Positions 26,426-36,038 of a stretch of DNA of 37,453 bases are shown here, piece by piece. Every line of letters begins with the position of its first letter. Positions within the stretch are counted from its first letter, which is position 1. The notes beneath the pieces were generated by a model. It searched no databases. It worked only from the letters and a program-made list of their open reading frames with translations, and was not told the origin of the DNA. The DNA comes from a virus (Duplodnaviria > Caudoviricetes), in IMG/VR virus record IMGVR_UViG_3300037311_000047, positions 1 to 37,453 of that record. The stretch is one strand, 5' to 3'. The position numbers and the translations under genes are program-made.

Positions 26426-27123
26426 TGAGCCTGCTCACGCTGTGCCAGGATGCAGCCCGCGAGCTCCGGCTCGCGCCGCCCGCAACCATCATCGGCAACA
26501 CCGATGACACGGCGCAGCTCCTGCTGCGCTTGGCGCAAGTGGACGCGCGAGCCCTGATGCGTGCGCACCCCTGGCAGGCGCTCATTCGCGAGCACAGTTT
26601 CACGACGACGGCGGCCGATGTGCAGACCGGCGGCGTGCCGGCCGACTTCGACCGGCTCTTGCCTGACAGCGTGTTCAACCGATCGACGCGGCGGCGCGTG
26701 GCCGGGCCCTTGTCGCCCGAAGAATGGTCGCACGCCAAGGCGAGCCTGATCACCTATGTCAACCCGACCTTTCGCTTGCGCGGCGGCGACTTTCTGATGA
26801 CGCCGACCCCGCCTGCTGGGGAAACCATCGCCTACGAGTACGTCTCGCGCTACATCGCGCGCGCTTCTGGCGGCGCGCTCAAGGAAACGTTCACGGTCGA
26901 TACGGACACTGCCGTCCTTGACGAGAGCCTGATCACCATGGGCGTGATCTGGCGCTTTCGGCAGTCAGCCGGCCTGCCTTATGGCGACGAGATGGCGGAG
27001 CAAGCGCGGCAGGTGCTGGACGCCCTCATGCGCGATGGCGCCAAACCGCGCATCTCGAGCGATCCCGTCATGTCCGACCGCGTGGCGACGCGCATGCAAG
27101 TCCCTGAGACTTGGGTGATCTGA
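26425..27123 (+). CDS. Head-tail adaptor / tail tubular protein A-like
   Basis: MSLLTLCQDAA...HPWQAL...PADFDR; size and position. Confidence 0.7.
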   Translation: MSLLTLCQDAARELRLAPPATIIGNTDDTAQLLLRLAQVDARALMRAHPWQALIREHSFTTTAADVQTGGVPADFDRLLPDSVFNRSTRRRVAGPLSPEEWSHAKASLITYVNPTFRLRGGDFLMTPTPPAGETIAYEYVSRYIARASGGALKETFTVDTDTAVLDESLITMGVIWRFRQSAGLPYGDEMAEQARQVLDALMRDGAKPRISSDPVMSDRVATRMQVPETWVI

Positions 27124-28673
27124 TGCGCGGCGCGGCCCAGATTGATCGGCAACGACTCGGCGGCGGTCAAGGCGGTGGCCGCGTGGCCCGCACGATGCGC
27201 TTGCCGGCCCCCGTTCGCGGGCTGAACACCTCCGCGCCCATTCAAGTTCTGGACCCGCGCGAAGCCGTCGTTCTGACGAACATGATCTGCCGGCCGCAGG
27301 GCGCCGAAACGCGGGAAGGCTATATTGGCCATGTGACAGGCCTCGGCGCACGCGTCGACGCCCTGATGGAGTACGCGCCGGCCGGCGCTGGCGGAAAGCT
27401 CTTTGCGGCGGCCGGAAGTTCGATCTTCGACGTGACGGCGGAAGGCGCGGTCGGCGCTGCGGTCCAGACCGGTCTCACATCGGCCTATTGGCGACACACG
27501 ATGATGGCGACGCCGGCCGGGCAGTTCCTGTTCGCCGTCAACGGCGCGGATGCGCCGCGGCATTTCAACGGCTCCGCATGGGCCGCCCCGACGATCACGG
27601 GCGTCACGCCTGCCGAGTTGACCAATGTCGTGGCGCACAAGAACCGCCTGTGGCTCGTCCAGAAAGACACGCTGACGGCCTGGTACCTGCCGACGGCGGC
27701 GATCGCCGGGGCCGCCTCGTCATTCCCCATGGGCGGGTTCTGTCGCCGCGGCGGCCGGCTTGTCGCGCTGGGCACGTGGTCGCGCGACGGTGGCGCTGGC
27801 GCGGATGATCTGCTTGTCGCGGTGACGTCCGAAGGTGAGGTGCTGATTTTCAGCGGGACCGACCCGTCCGTCTCGACGGCTTGGGCTCTCGTGGGCGTGT
27901 TCCAGATCCCGCCGCCAGTGGGCCCGCGCTGTTTTGTCAAGGCCGGCGCTGATCTGGGCGTCATCACGGCGCGCGGCCTCATCTCGCTCGACAGCGTGCT
28001 GCCCATGTCCGCGTCGGAGCAATCGCAGTCGGCCCTGACGAACAAGATCGAGGACGCCTTTGCGCGTGCCTGGCGGGATGTCGGCGCGTCCGATGCGTGG
28101 CAGGTAATCGAAGCGCCAGCCGAGCGCATCGTTCTGATCAATGTGCCGTCAGACCCGCCGGAGCAGTTTTGTCTTGGGCTCGAGGTCGGCGGATGGTCGC
28201 AATTCGCCGATGTGCCGGCGACCGCGTGGGGCGCGCGAGACGACGTGCTCTACTTCGGCACGGCCGATGGCCAGATCATGCGCTATGGCGGCTCCTATGA
28301 CGATGGCGGCGAGCCCATCGCTCAGCGCGTTCTGCCTGCGTTCGCGTTGATGAAGAGCAACGCGAACAAGCTCGCGACGTTGATGCGCCCCATCATCCAG
28401 GCCGCCGACGGCGTCACGCCGCGCTTCGAGATGCGCTTCGACTACGATGTGCGGCCGGTGACGCTGACGCCGTCCAGCTCGATTGCGTCGGCGCGATGGG
28501 ACGAGGCCGTGTGGGATGAGGCATGGTGGGAGCCGCCGATCAGCCCGCAATTGCGCTGGCAGGTGGCGACCGGTCACGGCGTCGCCGTCTCTGTTGCCAT
28601 GGCCGTCGCCACGGACACCAAGCTCGTCGTCCAAGGCTTTGATCTGGTGTTCCAGGACGGAGGCTTGCTGTGA
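27123..28673 (+). CDS. Tail nozzle / DNA stabilisation protein (beta-propeller-like)
   Basis: PAPVRGLN start, HKNRLW, beta-rich, WDEAVWD motif; follows the adaptor. Confidence 0.7.
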   Translation: MRGAAQIDRQRLGGGQGGGRVARTMRLPAPVRGLNTSAPIQVLDPREAVVLTNMICRPQGAETREGYIGHVTGLGARVDALMEYAPAGAGGKLFAAAGSSIFDVTAEGAVGAAVQTGLTSAYWRHTMMATPAGQFLFAVNGADAPRHFNGSAWAAPTITGVTPAELTNVVAHKNRLWLVQKDTLTAWYLPTAAIAGAASSFPMGGFCRRGGRLVALGTWSRDGGAGADDLLVAVTSEGEVLIFSGTDPSVSTAWALVGVFQIPPPVGPRCFVKAGADLGVITARGLISLDSVLPMSASEQSQSALTNKIEDAFARAWRDVGASDAWQVIEAPAERIVLINVPSDPPEQFCLGLEVGGWSQFADVPATAWGARDDVLYFGTADGQIMRYGGSYDDGGEPIAQRVLPAFALMKSNANKLATLMRPIIQAADGVTPRFEMRFDYDVRPVTLTPSSSIASARWDEAVWDEAWWEPPISPQLRWQVATGHGVAVSVAMAVATDTKLVVQGFDLVFQDGGLL

Positions 28674-29113
28674 CCGTTCGCATGGTCGGATCGGTGCTCT
28701 ACGGAGCCGACGATCTGGTCCGCGAGTGGGCGGCGGAGCGCCTCGACAGCGTCGTCGGGCGGCCGCTGGCGCATGCGCCCGTCGCGCTCGGCGTGGTCCG
28801 CGGCACGGACATCGCCGCGGCGCTTCTCTTCGCCAACTATCGCGAAGGCGTCGATATCGAAGTCAGCGTGGCGGCCGACAACGCCGATTGGTGCAGGCCG
28901 TCTACGCTGCGTCGCCTGTTCGCTTATCCGTTCACGCAGCTCAGCCTGCCCCGCCTGACCAGCATCGTGGCCCGCGACAACAAGCGCTGCCGGAAGCTGT
29001 GCGAGGGCCTCGGCTGGAAAATCGAGGGCGTGGTGCGGCGCGCCTATGACGGCCGCCGCGACGCCATCATCTACGGCATGTTGCGCGACGAATGTCGCTT
29101 TCTGACGAAGTAG
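28670..29113 (+). CDS. GNAT-fold acetyltransferase-like tail-module protein
   Basis: YPFTQL...NKRCRKLCEGLGWKIEGVVR...YGMLRDEC. Confidence 0.8.
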   Translation: MTVRMVGSVLYGADDLVREWAAERLDSVVGRPLAHAPVALGVVRGTDIAAALLFANYREGVDIEVSVAADNADWCRPSTLRRLFAYPFTQLSLPRLTSIVARDNKRCRKLCEGLGWKIEGVVRRAYDGRRDAIIYGMLRDECRFLTK

Positions 29114-29123
29114 AGGGAGTAAG

Positions 29124-31430
29124 ATGGGCAAGTCGATCCCCGATCCGCCGCCGCCGCCCGATCCATATGCCACGGCGCGCGCGCAAACCGGATCGAACGT
29201 CTCGACCTCGATCGCGAACACGGTCAGCGGCAACGCGAACGTCAAGGGGCCGCTCGGCAGCACGACCTTCAATCAGATCGGCTCGCACACAATCCGCGAG
29301 CCCACGCTGGACAAGGACGGCAAGCAGGTCATGACCCGGAAATGGGTCGCCGATCCGAACGCGACGCCGCAGCTTCAGTATCGCACCTGGCAAGAGGGAA
29401 CGCCAGCGCGCGGCGGGTCCAGCGACACCGACGGCGGAAGCATGGGCACGCTTGGCCAGTGGATCGACAGCCGCACGAACCAGCCCTGGGATGACCAGCA
29501 AGGCGGACGATGGGTCGAAGAGGGCGCTTACACCGAGTACGAGGTGCCGCGCTGGGAGCAAGTCAACACGCTCTCGCCGGAACAGCAGAAGCTCCTGAGC
29601 CAGCAACAGGCCCTCGGTACGTTCCTGAACGATTTGGCGGGCGCCAACCTCACGCGGCTTGATGAGACGCTGAAGAAGCCGCTGAACACGGCGTCCTTGC
29701 CGGCTGGTGCGGCCGAGCTCCTTCGCCAGAACGGCGGCGTGATCGAGCGGGCAAATTTCACTGGCGGCGCAAACCCGACAGCGAACTTCACTGGCGGCGC
29801 AAACCCGACAGCCAGTTTCTTAGGCGGGCCCATTCCAACTGGCGAAATTTTATCTCGCCCAATTCCCCGTGCCGATTTTTCTGGAAACTTGCCGACCGCA
29901 AGTTTCGCTGGAGAGACACCGACTGCAGATTTCATGTCAGGTTCCGTTCCTGACCGCCAAAATCTGCAAAAAAACATTTTGCTGCAAGTTTTGCAGGGAA
30001 CAGTCCCTGAGACACAGCGCACAATCGACTATGGTGACGTTGTTCGATACGACGATGTTGGCGGTCCCGCGCGTTCGACCGGGTATTTCGGCTTCGAGAT
30101 GGAGCGTAGTCGCGTTGAGGACGCGATCCGCGCCCGTCAGCGTCCTGAGCTCGACCGCCAGCGTGATGCGCTCCAAACCCAACTGATCAATCAAGGCTTT
30201 GTGCGCGGAACGGAAGCGTTCAACGCTCAGATGGACGAACAGATCAGGCGCGAAAATGACGCCGAAACAGCCGCGATCCTAGCAGGCGGGCAAGAACAGA
30301 CGCGTATGGGTCAACTCGCCCTTGGCCGTTTCGGGGCCGAAAACGCGGCGCAGGCGCAGGCCGATGAGCAGGCGCGCGCGCGCGGTCTTTTTGGTCTTGG
30401 AATAAGCCAATTCCGCAATGATGCCCAACGCCAAGAGTACGGCCAGCTCTTCGACCGGGCCAAGTTCGGGAACGACGCCATCGGCCGAGACAACGAGTTT
30501 GTTCTCGCCAAAATGGCGGCAGAGAATGCCGCGCGGGAGGCGCAATTCGGCATCGATCTGAGCGGCGCTCAACTTCGCGACAGCCGGATCGGAAGCCAGT
30601 TTCAGGCCGACATGGCGGGCGCTCAGCTTCGCGACAGCCGGATTGGAAACCAGTTCTCCGCCGACATGGCCGGGCAACAGCTTCGCGACAGTCGAATATC
30701 GAGTCAATTTCAATCCGACCTTGCCGGGGAGCAATTATACAATGATCGCGTACGCTCTCAATTTGAAATGGACATGGCGGGCGCTCAGCTTCGCGATAGC
30801 CGGATTGGAAGCCAGTTTCAGGCCGACATGGCGGGCGCTCAGCTTCGCGATAGCCGGATTGGAAACCAGTTCTCCGCCGACATGGCCGGCGCTCAATTGA
30901 CGGATGCGCGCACCGCCCGCCAGTTCGAGGCAGACCAAGGGCGGCTTGCGGCGCAACAGTCCCTTCGACAGCAAGCGCTGCAGGAAGAGCTCGCCTTGCG
31001 CGCTCAGCCGATCAACGAAATCGCGGCCCTCATGAGCGGCGGCCAGGTGACCATGCCGCAATTCGGCGCGTTCAGGGCCTCGCCCATGTCGGAAACGCCC
31101 GTCGGCGACTATGTCTATCGGTCGGCCGACATCGAGCGGGCCAACTTGCAGGCGCAGGCCAACATGCAGGCACAGGCCAATGCCGGCATGTTCGGCATGG
31201 GCGCCCAGCTCTTGGGCGGCATGTTCAAGATGTCGGACAAGCGCGTGAAAACCGACATCGCCAAGGTCGGCGCACTCGACAACGGCTTGCCGATCTACGT
31301 GTTCCGCTACAAGGCCGGCGGGCCGATGCAGGTCGGCCTGATGGCGCAGGACGTTGAGGCCATCGACCCGCTCGCCGTCATGGAATTCGACGGCGTGAAG
31401 CATGTCGACTACGCTCGGGCGGTGCAGTGA
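29124..31430 (+). CDS. Internal virion / DNA ejection protein with repeats and C-terminal peptidase S74 chaperone domain
   Basis: MGK..PPPPPDPY N-terminus, Gln/Ala-rich helices, C-terminal SDKRVKTDI...GLMAQDVE...VDY. Confidence 0.75.
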   Translation: MGKSIPDPPPPPDPYATARAQTGSNVSTSIANTVSGNANVKGPLGSTTFNQIGSHTIREPTLDKDGKQVMTRKWVADPNATPQLQYRTWQEGTPARGGSSDTDGGSMGTLGQWIDSRTNQPWDDQQGGRWVEEGAYTEYEVPRWEQVNTLSPEQQKLLSQQQALGTFLNDLAGANLTRLDETLKKPLNTASLPAGAAELLRQNGGVIERANFTGGANPTANFTGGANPTASFLGGPIPTGEILSRPIPRADFSGNLPTASFAGETPTADFMSGSVPDRQNLQKNILLQVLQGTVPETQRTIDYGDVVRYDDVGGPARSTGYFGFEMERSRVEDAIRARQRPELDRQRDALQTQLINQGFVRGTEAFNAQMDEQIRRENDAETAAILAGGQEQTRMGQLALGRFGAENAAQAQADEQARARGLFGLGISQFRNDAQRQEYGQLFDRAKFGNDAIGRDNEFVLAKMAAENAAREAQFGIDLSGAQLRDSRIGSQFQADMAGAQLRDSRIGNQFSADMAGQQLRDSRISSQFQSDLAGEQLYNDRVRSQFEMDMAGAQLRDSRIGSQFQADMAGAQLRDSRIGNQFSADMAGAQLTDARTARQFEADQGRLAAQQSLRQQALQEELALRAQPINEIAALMSGGQVTMPQFGAFRASPMSETPVGDYVYRSADIERANLQAQANMQAQANAGMFGMGAQLLGGMFKMSDKRVKTDIAKVGALDNGLPIYVFRYKAGGPMQVGLMAQDVEAIDPLAVMEFDGVKHVDYARAVQ
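29751..29954 (+). repeat. Seven 9-10 aa intragenic repeats (ANFTGGANPT type)
   Basis: ANFTGGANPT x2, ASFLGGPIPT, GEILSRPIPR, ADFSGNLPT, ASFAGETPT, ADFMSGSVPD. Confidence 0.8.
30552..30929 (+). repeat. Seven 54-bp (18 aa) intragenic tandem repeats
   Basis: xD(M/L)AGAQLRDSRIGxQFx, seven copies; units 2 and 6 are identical at protein level. Confidence 0.9.
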
Positions 31431-32359
31431 TGGAGCGCCAGCAGGTGCTTGCTGACGAGCTCAAATCGCGGACCATCGGCGGGATGATGAAAGCCCGCCA
31501 GAACCCGACGAATTGGGTGGAGCTGGTCAACCAAGGCGCGACGCGCAATCTCGCCATTGCCGACGAGCTGCGCACAGGCATCACCAGCGCTATCGAAGCG
31601 GCCTACGGGCCTGGCTACAAGGCGCGGGTCTATAGCGGCGGACAACCGGCCCTTGGCAGTGGCGGCCGCCGCGTCGGTTCCACGCGCCACGACGACGGGA
31701 TGGCGGCCGACCTTTACGTCTATGACCCGCAGGGCACTCGCGTCACCGGCGACGGCCTCGCGCCCTTGGCCCGCTACTGGCTCGCGAACAGCAAGGGCGG
31801 CGTCGGCCTCGAGATGCGCGGCGGCGGTATCCATCTGGACGCACATCGCGACCGGCCGCCCTTCTGGACCTATGGCCCGATCACGGCCGCCCAGCGCGCC
31901 GCGGTGCAGGAAGGCCTCGCGGCGCGCGGTCAGGGCGGCGTGACGGCCACAGCCTACGCGCCAGAAGCGCCAAGGGTCGCGTCCGCGCCGCCGATGGTGA
32001 AAACGACGCCCATCACGCCAGACCAGGCCGCCGCGCTCGGAATGGACCAAAACGACATGGTGCAGCACAACCGCACCTCGGTCATGGTCCCGCGACGCGC
32101 GCCAACGGCCGCCGACCAGGTGGACGCCATCGCCAAGGCCGCGCCTGGTGCGCCGCTCGCACCTGTCCAAGGGCCGCCGATGCCGCCCCAATCCGGCGAC
32201 CGGGTGGCGCTGGCGGACGGCCGGGCGGGGGCGCTGTCTCATGGCGGGCTCGGCATCGCCGATGGCGACATGACCGGGCGCTACACGCCGGTTGCCGATG
32301 CCGGCTCGCGCAACCCTGATTTCCTCGCCGCATTGGCTCAATTCCTGAGGTTCGGCTGA
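31427..32359 (+). CDS. Internal virion protein with M15/LAS-like peptidoglycan peptidase motif
   Basis: STRHDDGMAADL (H-x6-D) and IHLD; Pro/Ala-rich tail. Confidence 0.6.
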   Translation: MMERQQVLADELKSRTIGGMMKARQNPTNWVELVNQGATRNLAIADELRTGITSAIEAAYGPGYKARVYSGGQPALGSGGRRVGSTRHDDGMAADLYVYDPQGTRVTGDGLAPLARYWLANSKGGVGLEMRGGGIHLDAHRDRPPFWTYGPITAAQRAAVQEGLAARGQGGVTATAYAPEAPRVASAPPMVKTTPITPDQAAALGMDQNDMVQHNRTSVMVPRRAPTAADQVDAIAKAAPGAPLAPVQGPPMPPQSGDRVALADGRAGALSHGGLGIADGDMTGRYTPVADAGSRNPDFLAALAQFLRFG

Positions 32360-33732
32360 TGGCTATGATCCGCTTCGCCCCCGGCGCTCAACAGACCGAC
32401 CCGACGGCAGCCGACCTTGTGCCCCCCTCGCGCAATCGCCGCCGTCAAGCGCTGTCCGAGGCGCTGATGGCGCGCGCCCCGGCCGTTGTCACAAGTGGCG
32501 GCCAAGGCGCGGCGATGCTCGGCATGGGCGCGATCAGCGGCCTCATGGACGGCATGGCGGAGCGGCGCGAGCGCGACAGTCAGGTGGCGGCCGGTCAGGC
32601 TCTCGCCAACGCGGTCGGAAACTTCCTGCCGCCCGGCATGGATCGCAAGACGTTCGAGACGTTGAGCGTCCTGAGCCCCGGCCTCGCCTCGCAGATTGCG
32701 AACAAGGCGCTTGAACGCGCCATGAACCCGCAAGAGCGGTTCGAGATGATCACCTTGCCGGACGGTCGCAAGGCGCAGCGGTCCAGCACGACAGGCAAGA
32801 TCGACGTGTTGCCGGAAGGGCGCGGGCCAATGGCGGTCGGGGCGGGCCAAACGGTCATCGATCCGCGCACGGGCCAAACCGTGTTCGCCGCGCCGGCCAA
32901 GCCGGACACGATGTCGCCAGAGGCGGAAGCGCAAAAGCTGCGCATCGCTCGCGCCCAAAAGGAAGGCGATGCGCCGACCACGCGCCAGATCAAGCAACCC
33001 GACGGTTCCGAAGTCGCCGTCCAGTGGGACAGCAAGAGCGGCGCATGGGTTCCAATGCCAGCCCCGCAAGGCGGCAACCCCGTCGCCGGGCCGCGCAAGC
33101 TCACGGAACAGCAGTCGAAGGACCTCGTCTACTTCAACCGCGGCATCCAGGCGCTTGAGATTTTCGACGCGCCCCGCGACCCCAAGAACCCGAAGTCGGG
33201 CCGGTTGTCCGACGCCATGGCGAACGGGTGGGAAGGCGTTGTGGGCCGCGTGACATCGGCCCTCCCCGGCGGCAATTTGGTCACGCCAGAAACCTACCAG
33301 CGAGCCGACCAAGCCGGGCGAAACTTCCTGGCCTCAATCCTTCGCAAAGACACGGGCGCGGCAGTTACGACCGACGAAATGAGCAACTACGGCCGCATCT
33401 TCCTTCCCGCGCCGGGCGATGCGCCGTCGGTGCTTGATCAAAAGGCCGAGGCCCGCCGTCAGGCCCTCGAAGCCATCAAGAACGGCCTTGGCACGGCGAA
33501 GGTTCTGGCGCGCGCGTCCGAGATGATGCGCCCGCGCGAGGGGCAGCAGGCCGCGCCGCAGGCCACTCCGCAAGCCACGCCTCAATCCGCACCAGCGCCT
33601 CAGGCCACGCCTCAGTCCGCGCCCGAAGGGCCGCCCGCGCCGCAGCTCTCGCTTGACGCCATCAACGCCGAAATCGAGCGGCGCATGCGCCAGCAACAGC
33701 AACAAGCGCAACCCTTCACCGGAGCGCCGTGA
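32359..33732 (+). CDS. Internal virion / ejection protein
   Basis: 457 aa, ILRKDTGAAV motif, Gln/Pro-rich tail; located in the ejection cluster. Confidence 0.65.
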   Translation: MAMIRFAPGAQQTDPTAADLVPPSRNRRRQALSEALMARAPAVVTSGGQGAAMLGMGAISGLMDGMAERRERDSQVAAGQALANAVGNFLPPGMDRKTFETLSVLSPGLASQIANKALERAMNPQERFEMITLPDGRKAQRSSTTGKIDVLPEGRGPMAVGAGQTVIDPRTGQTVFAAPAKPDTMSPEAEAQKLRIARAQKEGDAPTTRQIKQPDGSEVAVQWDSKSGAWVPMPAPQGGNPVAGPRKLTEQQSKDLVYFNRGIQALEIFDAPRDPKNPKSGRLSDAMANGWEGVVGRVTSALPGGNLVTPETYQRADQAGRNFLASILRKDTGAAVTTDEMSNYGRIFLPAPGDAPSVLDQKAEARRQALEAIKNGLGTAKVLARASEMMRPREGQQAAPQATPQATPQSAPAPQATPQSAPEGPPAPQLSLDAINAEIERRMRQQQQQAQPFTGAP

Positions 33733-35813
33733 TGGACCTGAGCACGCTCTCGACGGACGAGCTTCTGAAGCTGCGCTCGCAATTGCAGCCCGCGCCTGCG
33801 CCGGCCGGGCCCGATCTGGGTGCGATGTCGATGGAACAGCTCATGGCCATGCGCGACCAGATGCGCGGGGCCAACGCTGCGCCAACGATTCCGACCACGC
33901 CCGAAGAGGTGGTGAAGCGCGAGCGCGCCGAGCTCCTGTTTGAGAACCCGCGGGCCTTCGAGGCGCAAACGCCCGGCCTCGCGCGGCGGGCGGTGCAGGG
34001 CATGACGATGAACTTCGCCGACGAGGCGCTGGCCGCGCTCGCGACGCCGATCGAGATGGCCAAGCGCCGCACGCTCGATCCGCGCGAGGCCTATCGCTAC
34101 GCCAAGGCGCAGGAAGATCAGGCCATGGCGCAGGCCCGAGAGCAACAGGGGCTTGCCGGCACGGCGGCGGAGGTGGCCGGATCGGTCGCGTCTGGCCTCA
34201 CCGTCGCGCGCGCGGCGCAGGCGGCCCCGGCGGCGGCCTCCAAACTCGGCCAGTTGGCGCAGTATCTCTTGGGCGGCACGCGCAACGCGGCGGCGGGGCT
34301 TCCGGCGCGCGTGGGCAGCGCTGCGGCGTCTGGCGCGACCTATGGCGCGGTGGCGGGCGCCGGCGAGGGCAACACGCTCGACGAGCGGGCCAAGAGCGCG
34401 GCCTTGGGCGGCGTGGTCGGCGGCGCGGCGGGCGGAGGCCTTCAGGCAGCCGGCGAGGCGCTGCGCCCACTCGGAGCGCAGGCCATGGCGCGCGCCAATC
34501 CGAGGGCCTATGCCGAGCGCCAGCTTGCCCGCGGCGTCGCGGAAAGCGGCCAAAGCGCCGACGACATCACGCGGCAGGTGGCGGAGGCGAACGCCGCTGG
34601 CCAGCCCTTCACGGTTGCGGACGCAATGGGTAACGCTGGGCAACGGCAGCTCTCCACCGTGGCCCGCAACCCCGGCGCAGGGCGGCAACAGGTGGTGGAG
34701 TTTCTGGACGGCCGCCAAGCCGAGCAGGGCCGCCGTGTGGCGACGATCTTGTCCGAGGGCTTGGACGCCAATGCGACAGCGGCGCAGTCCAGGGCGGCAC
34801 AGACGGCCGCGCGGCGCGAGGCGGCCGACATCAACTACGGCGCGGCGCGCGACCAGGCGGGCGCCGTGGACCCCACCGCCGCGATCCGCGCGGCTGACGA
34901 ATTCCTGCAGCCCGGCGCGACGGGCGTGATGCGCCCACAAACGGCCATTGCAGACGACAGTGTCGAGGCCGCCGTGCGCCGTGCGCGCGGCTACCTCACC
35001 GACGGCAAATCGATCCTGACCGACTTCGAGGCGGCGCGGCGGGCCAAGATCGAACTGGACGGCATGATCGAAAGCGCGCGCGGCACGGTGCAGCGCCAGT
35101 TGATCCCGATCCGCAATGCGCTGGACGACGCCTTGGCCAGCGCGAGCCCGCCCTACGCCCGGGCGCGCGACACCTTCCGCGCGCAATCAAAGGCGATCGA
35201 GGCCGTCGACACCGGCCGCGAGATCGCCAAGCGCGGGCGCATGGAGGACACGATCCCGACTTTTCGGGCCATGTCGCCGGAGGAACAGGCCTCCGCCCGC
35301 ATCGGCTATGCCGATCAGGCGATTGAGAAGGTGCAGGGCGCGGCCATCGGCACGAACAAGGCGCGAGAGTTCACGGCCGACGCGACCCGCGCGAAGCTGC
35401 AGGCCATGGCCCCGCTTGCCAAGGGCGCACCCATGGGCCGCGCACTGGACCGCGAAAACATCATGTTCGCCACGCGCAACCAGGCGCTCGGCGGCTCGAA
35501 AACCGCCGACAATTTGGCTGACGACGCCGCGATGGGCATCAACCCGGAAATTATCGGCAATCTTCTCGCGGGCAACATCGGCACAGCGGCCAAGAACGCC
35601 TTGTTCCGCTCAGGCTCTGCACTTGGCGGGAACACCGACGCCGTGCGTCAGGAAATGGCCCGCTTGCTTCTCTCTCGCGGGGGCGCTGATGACATCGGGC
35701 AACTGCTCGAGCGCAGCGTTTCGACGGAGCGAGCGCGGCGAGAGCTGATCGCGGCATTGATGCGCGGCGGCTATGCCGGCACGGGGACGGGCGTCACTCA
35801 GCCCCGGAAATAG
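33729..35813 (+). CDS. Large internal virion / ejection protein
   Basis: 694 aa, Ala/Gly-rich with hydrophobic GxxxG stretches; DLSTLSTDELL N-terminus. Confidence 0.7.
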   Translation: MMDLSTLSTDELLKLRSQLQPAPAPAGPDLGAMSMEQLMAMRDQMRGANAAPTIPTTPEEVVKRERAELLFENPRAFEAQTPGLARRAVQGMTMNFADEALAALATPIEMAKRRTLDPREAYRYAKAQEDQAMAQAREQQGLAGTAAEVAGSVASGLTVARAAQAAPAAASKLGQLAQYLLGGTRNAAAGLPARVGSAAASGATYGAVAGAGEGNTLDERAKSAALGGVVGGAAGGGLQAAGEALRPLGAQAMARANPRAYAERQLARGVAESGQSADDITRQVAEANAAGQPFTVADAMGNAGQRQLSTVARNPGAGRQQVVEFLDGRQAEQGRRVATILSEGLDANATAAQSRAAQTAARREAADINYGAARDQAGAVDPTAAIRAADEFLQPGATGVMRPQTAIADDSVEAAVRRARGYLTDGKSILTDFEAARRAKIELDGMIESARGTVQRQLIPIRNALDDALASASPPYARARDTFRAQSKAIEAVDTGREIAKRGRMEDTIPTFRAMSPEEQASARIGYADQAIEKVQGAAIGTNKAREFTADATRAKLQAMAPLAKGAPMGRALDRENIMFATRNQALGGSKTADNLADDAAMGINPEIIGNLLAGNIGTAAKNALFRSGSALGGNTDAVRQEMARLLLSRGGADDIGQLLERSVSTERARRELIAALMRGGYAGTGTGVTQPRK

Positions 35814-35971
35814 GCGACCGCAAGGAACACGACCAGAAACCCGGCGATTTCCGCCAGAAAGACCGGCAGGCCGGGCCCGAAGATCGGCTCGCGCGGCCGG
35901 CGCACCACCTCGCCTTCGACCCGGTAATCGCCGGGCCCTGCATCGATGATCTTCGGAGGCCGATCCTGCAT
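35798..35971 (-). CDS. Small antisense membrane protein
   Basis: 57 aa MQDRPPKII... with C-terminal TM LPVFLAEIAGFLVVFLAVAYF; fills the gap between the ejection and fibre genes. Confidence 0.55.
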   Translation of the reverse strand: MQDRPPKIIDAGPGDYRVEGEVVRRPREPIFGPGLPVFLAEIAGFLVVFLAVAYFRG

Positions 35972-35993
35972 TGGCCGATCACAGCACACCACG

Positions 35994-36024
35994 CCCGCCC
36001 GCGCCAGCCGGCGGGTTTTCTTTT
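35994..36024 (+). terminator. Rho-independent terminator before the tail fibre gene
   Basis: CCCGCC...GGCGGG followed by TTTTCTTTT. Confidence 0.6.
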
Positions 36025-36038
36025 GCGGAGGATGATGA

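Noticed and set aside
30552-30929. 54-bp repeats as a CRISPR array or DGR template/variable repeat
   Set aside because: They are tandem, in frame and spacerless; there is no reverse transcriptase and the differences are not adenine-specific.
33548-33625. QAAPQATPQATPQSAP repeats
   Set aside because: Ordinary low-complexity linker in an ejection protein.
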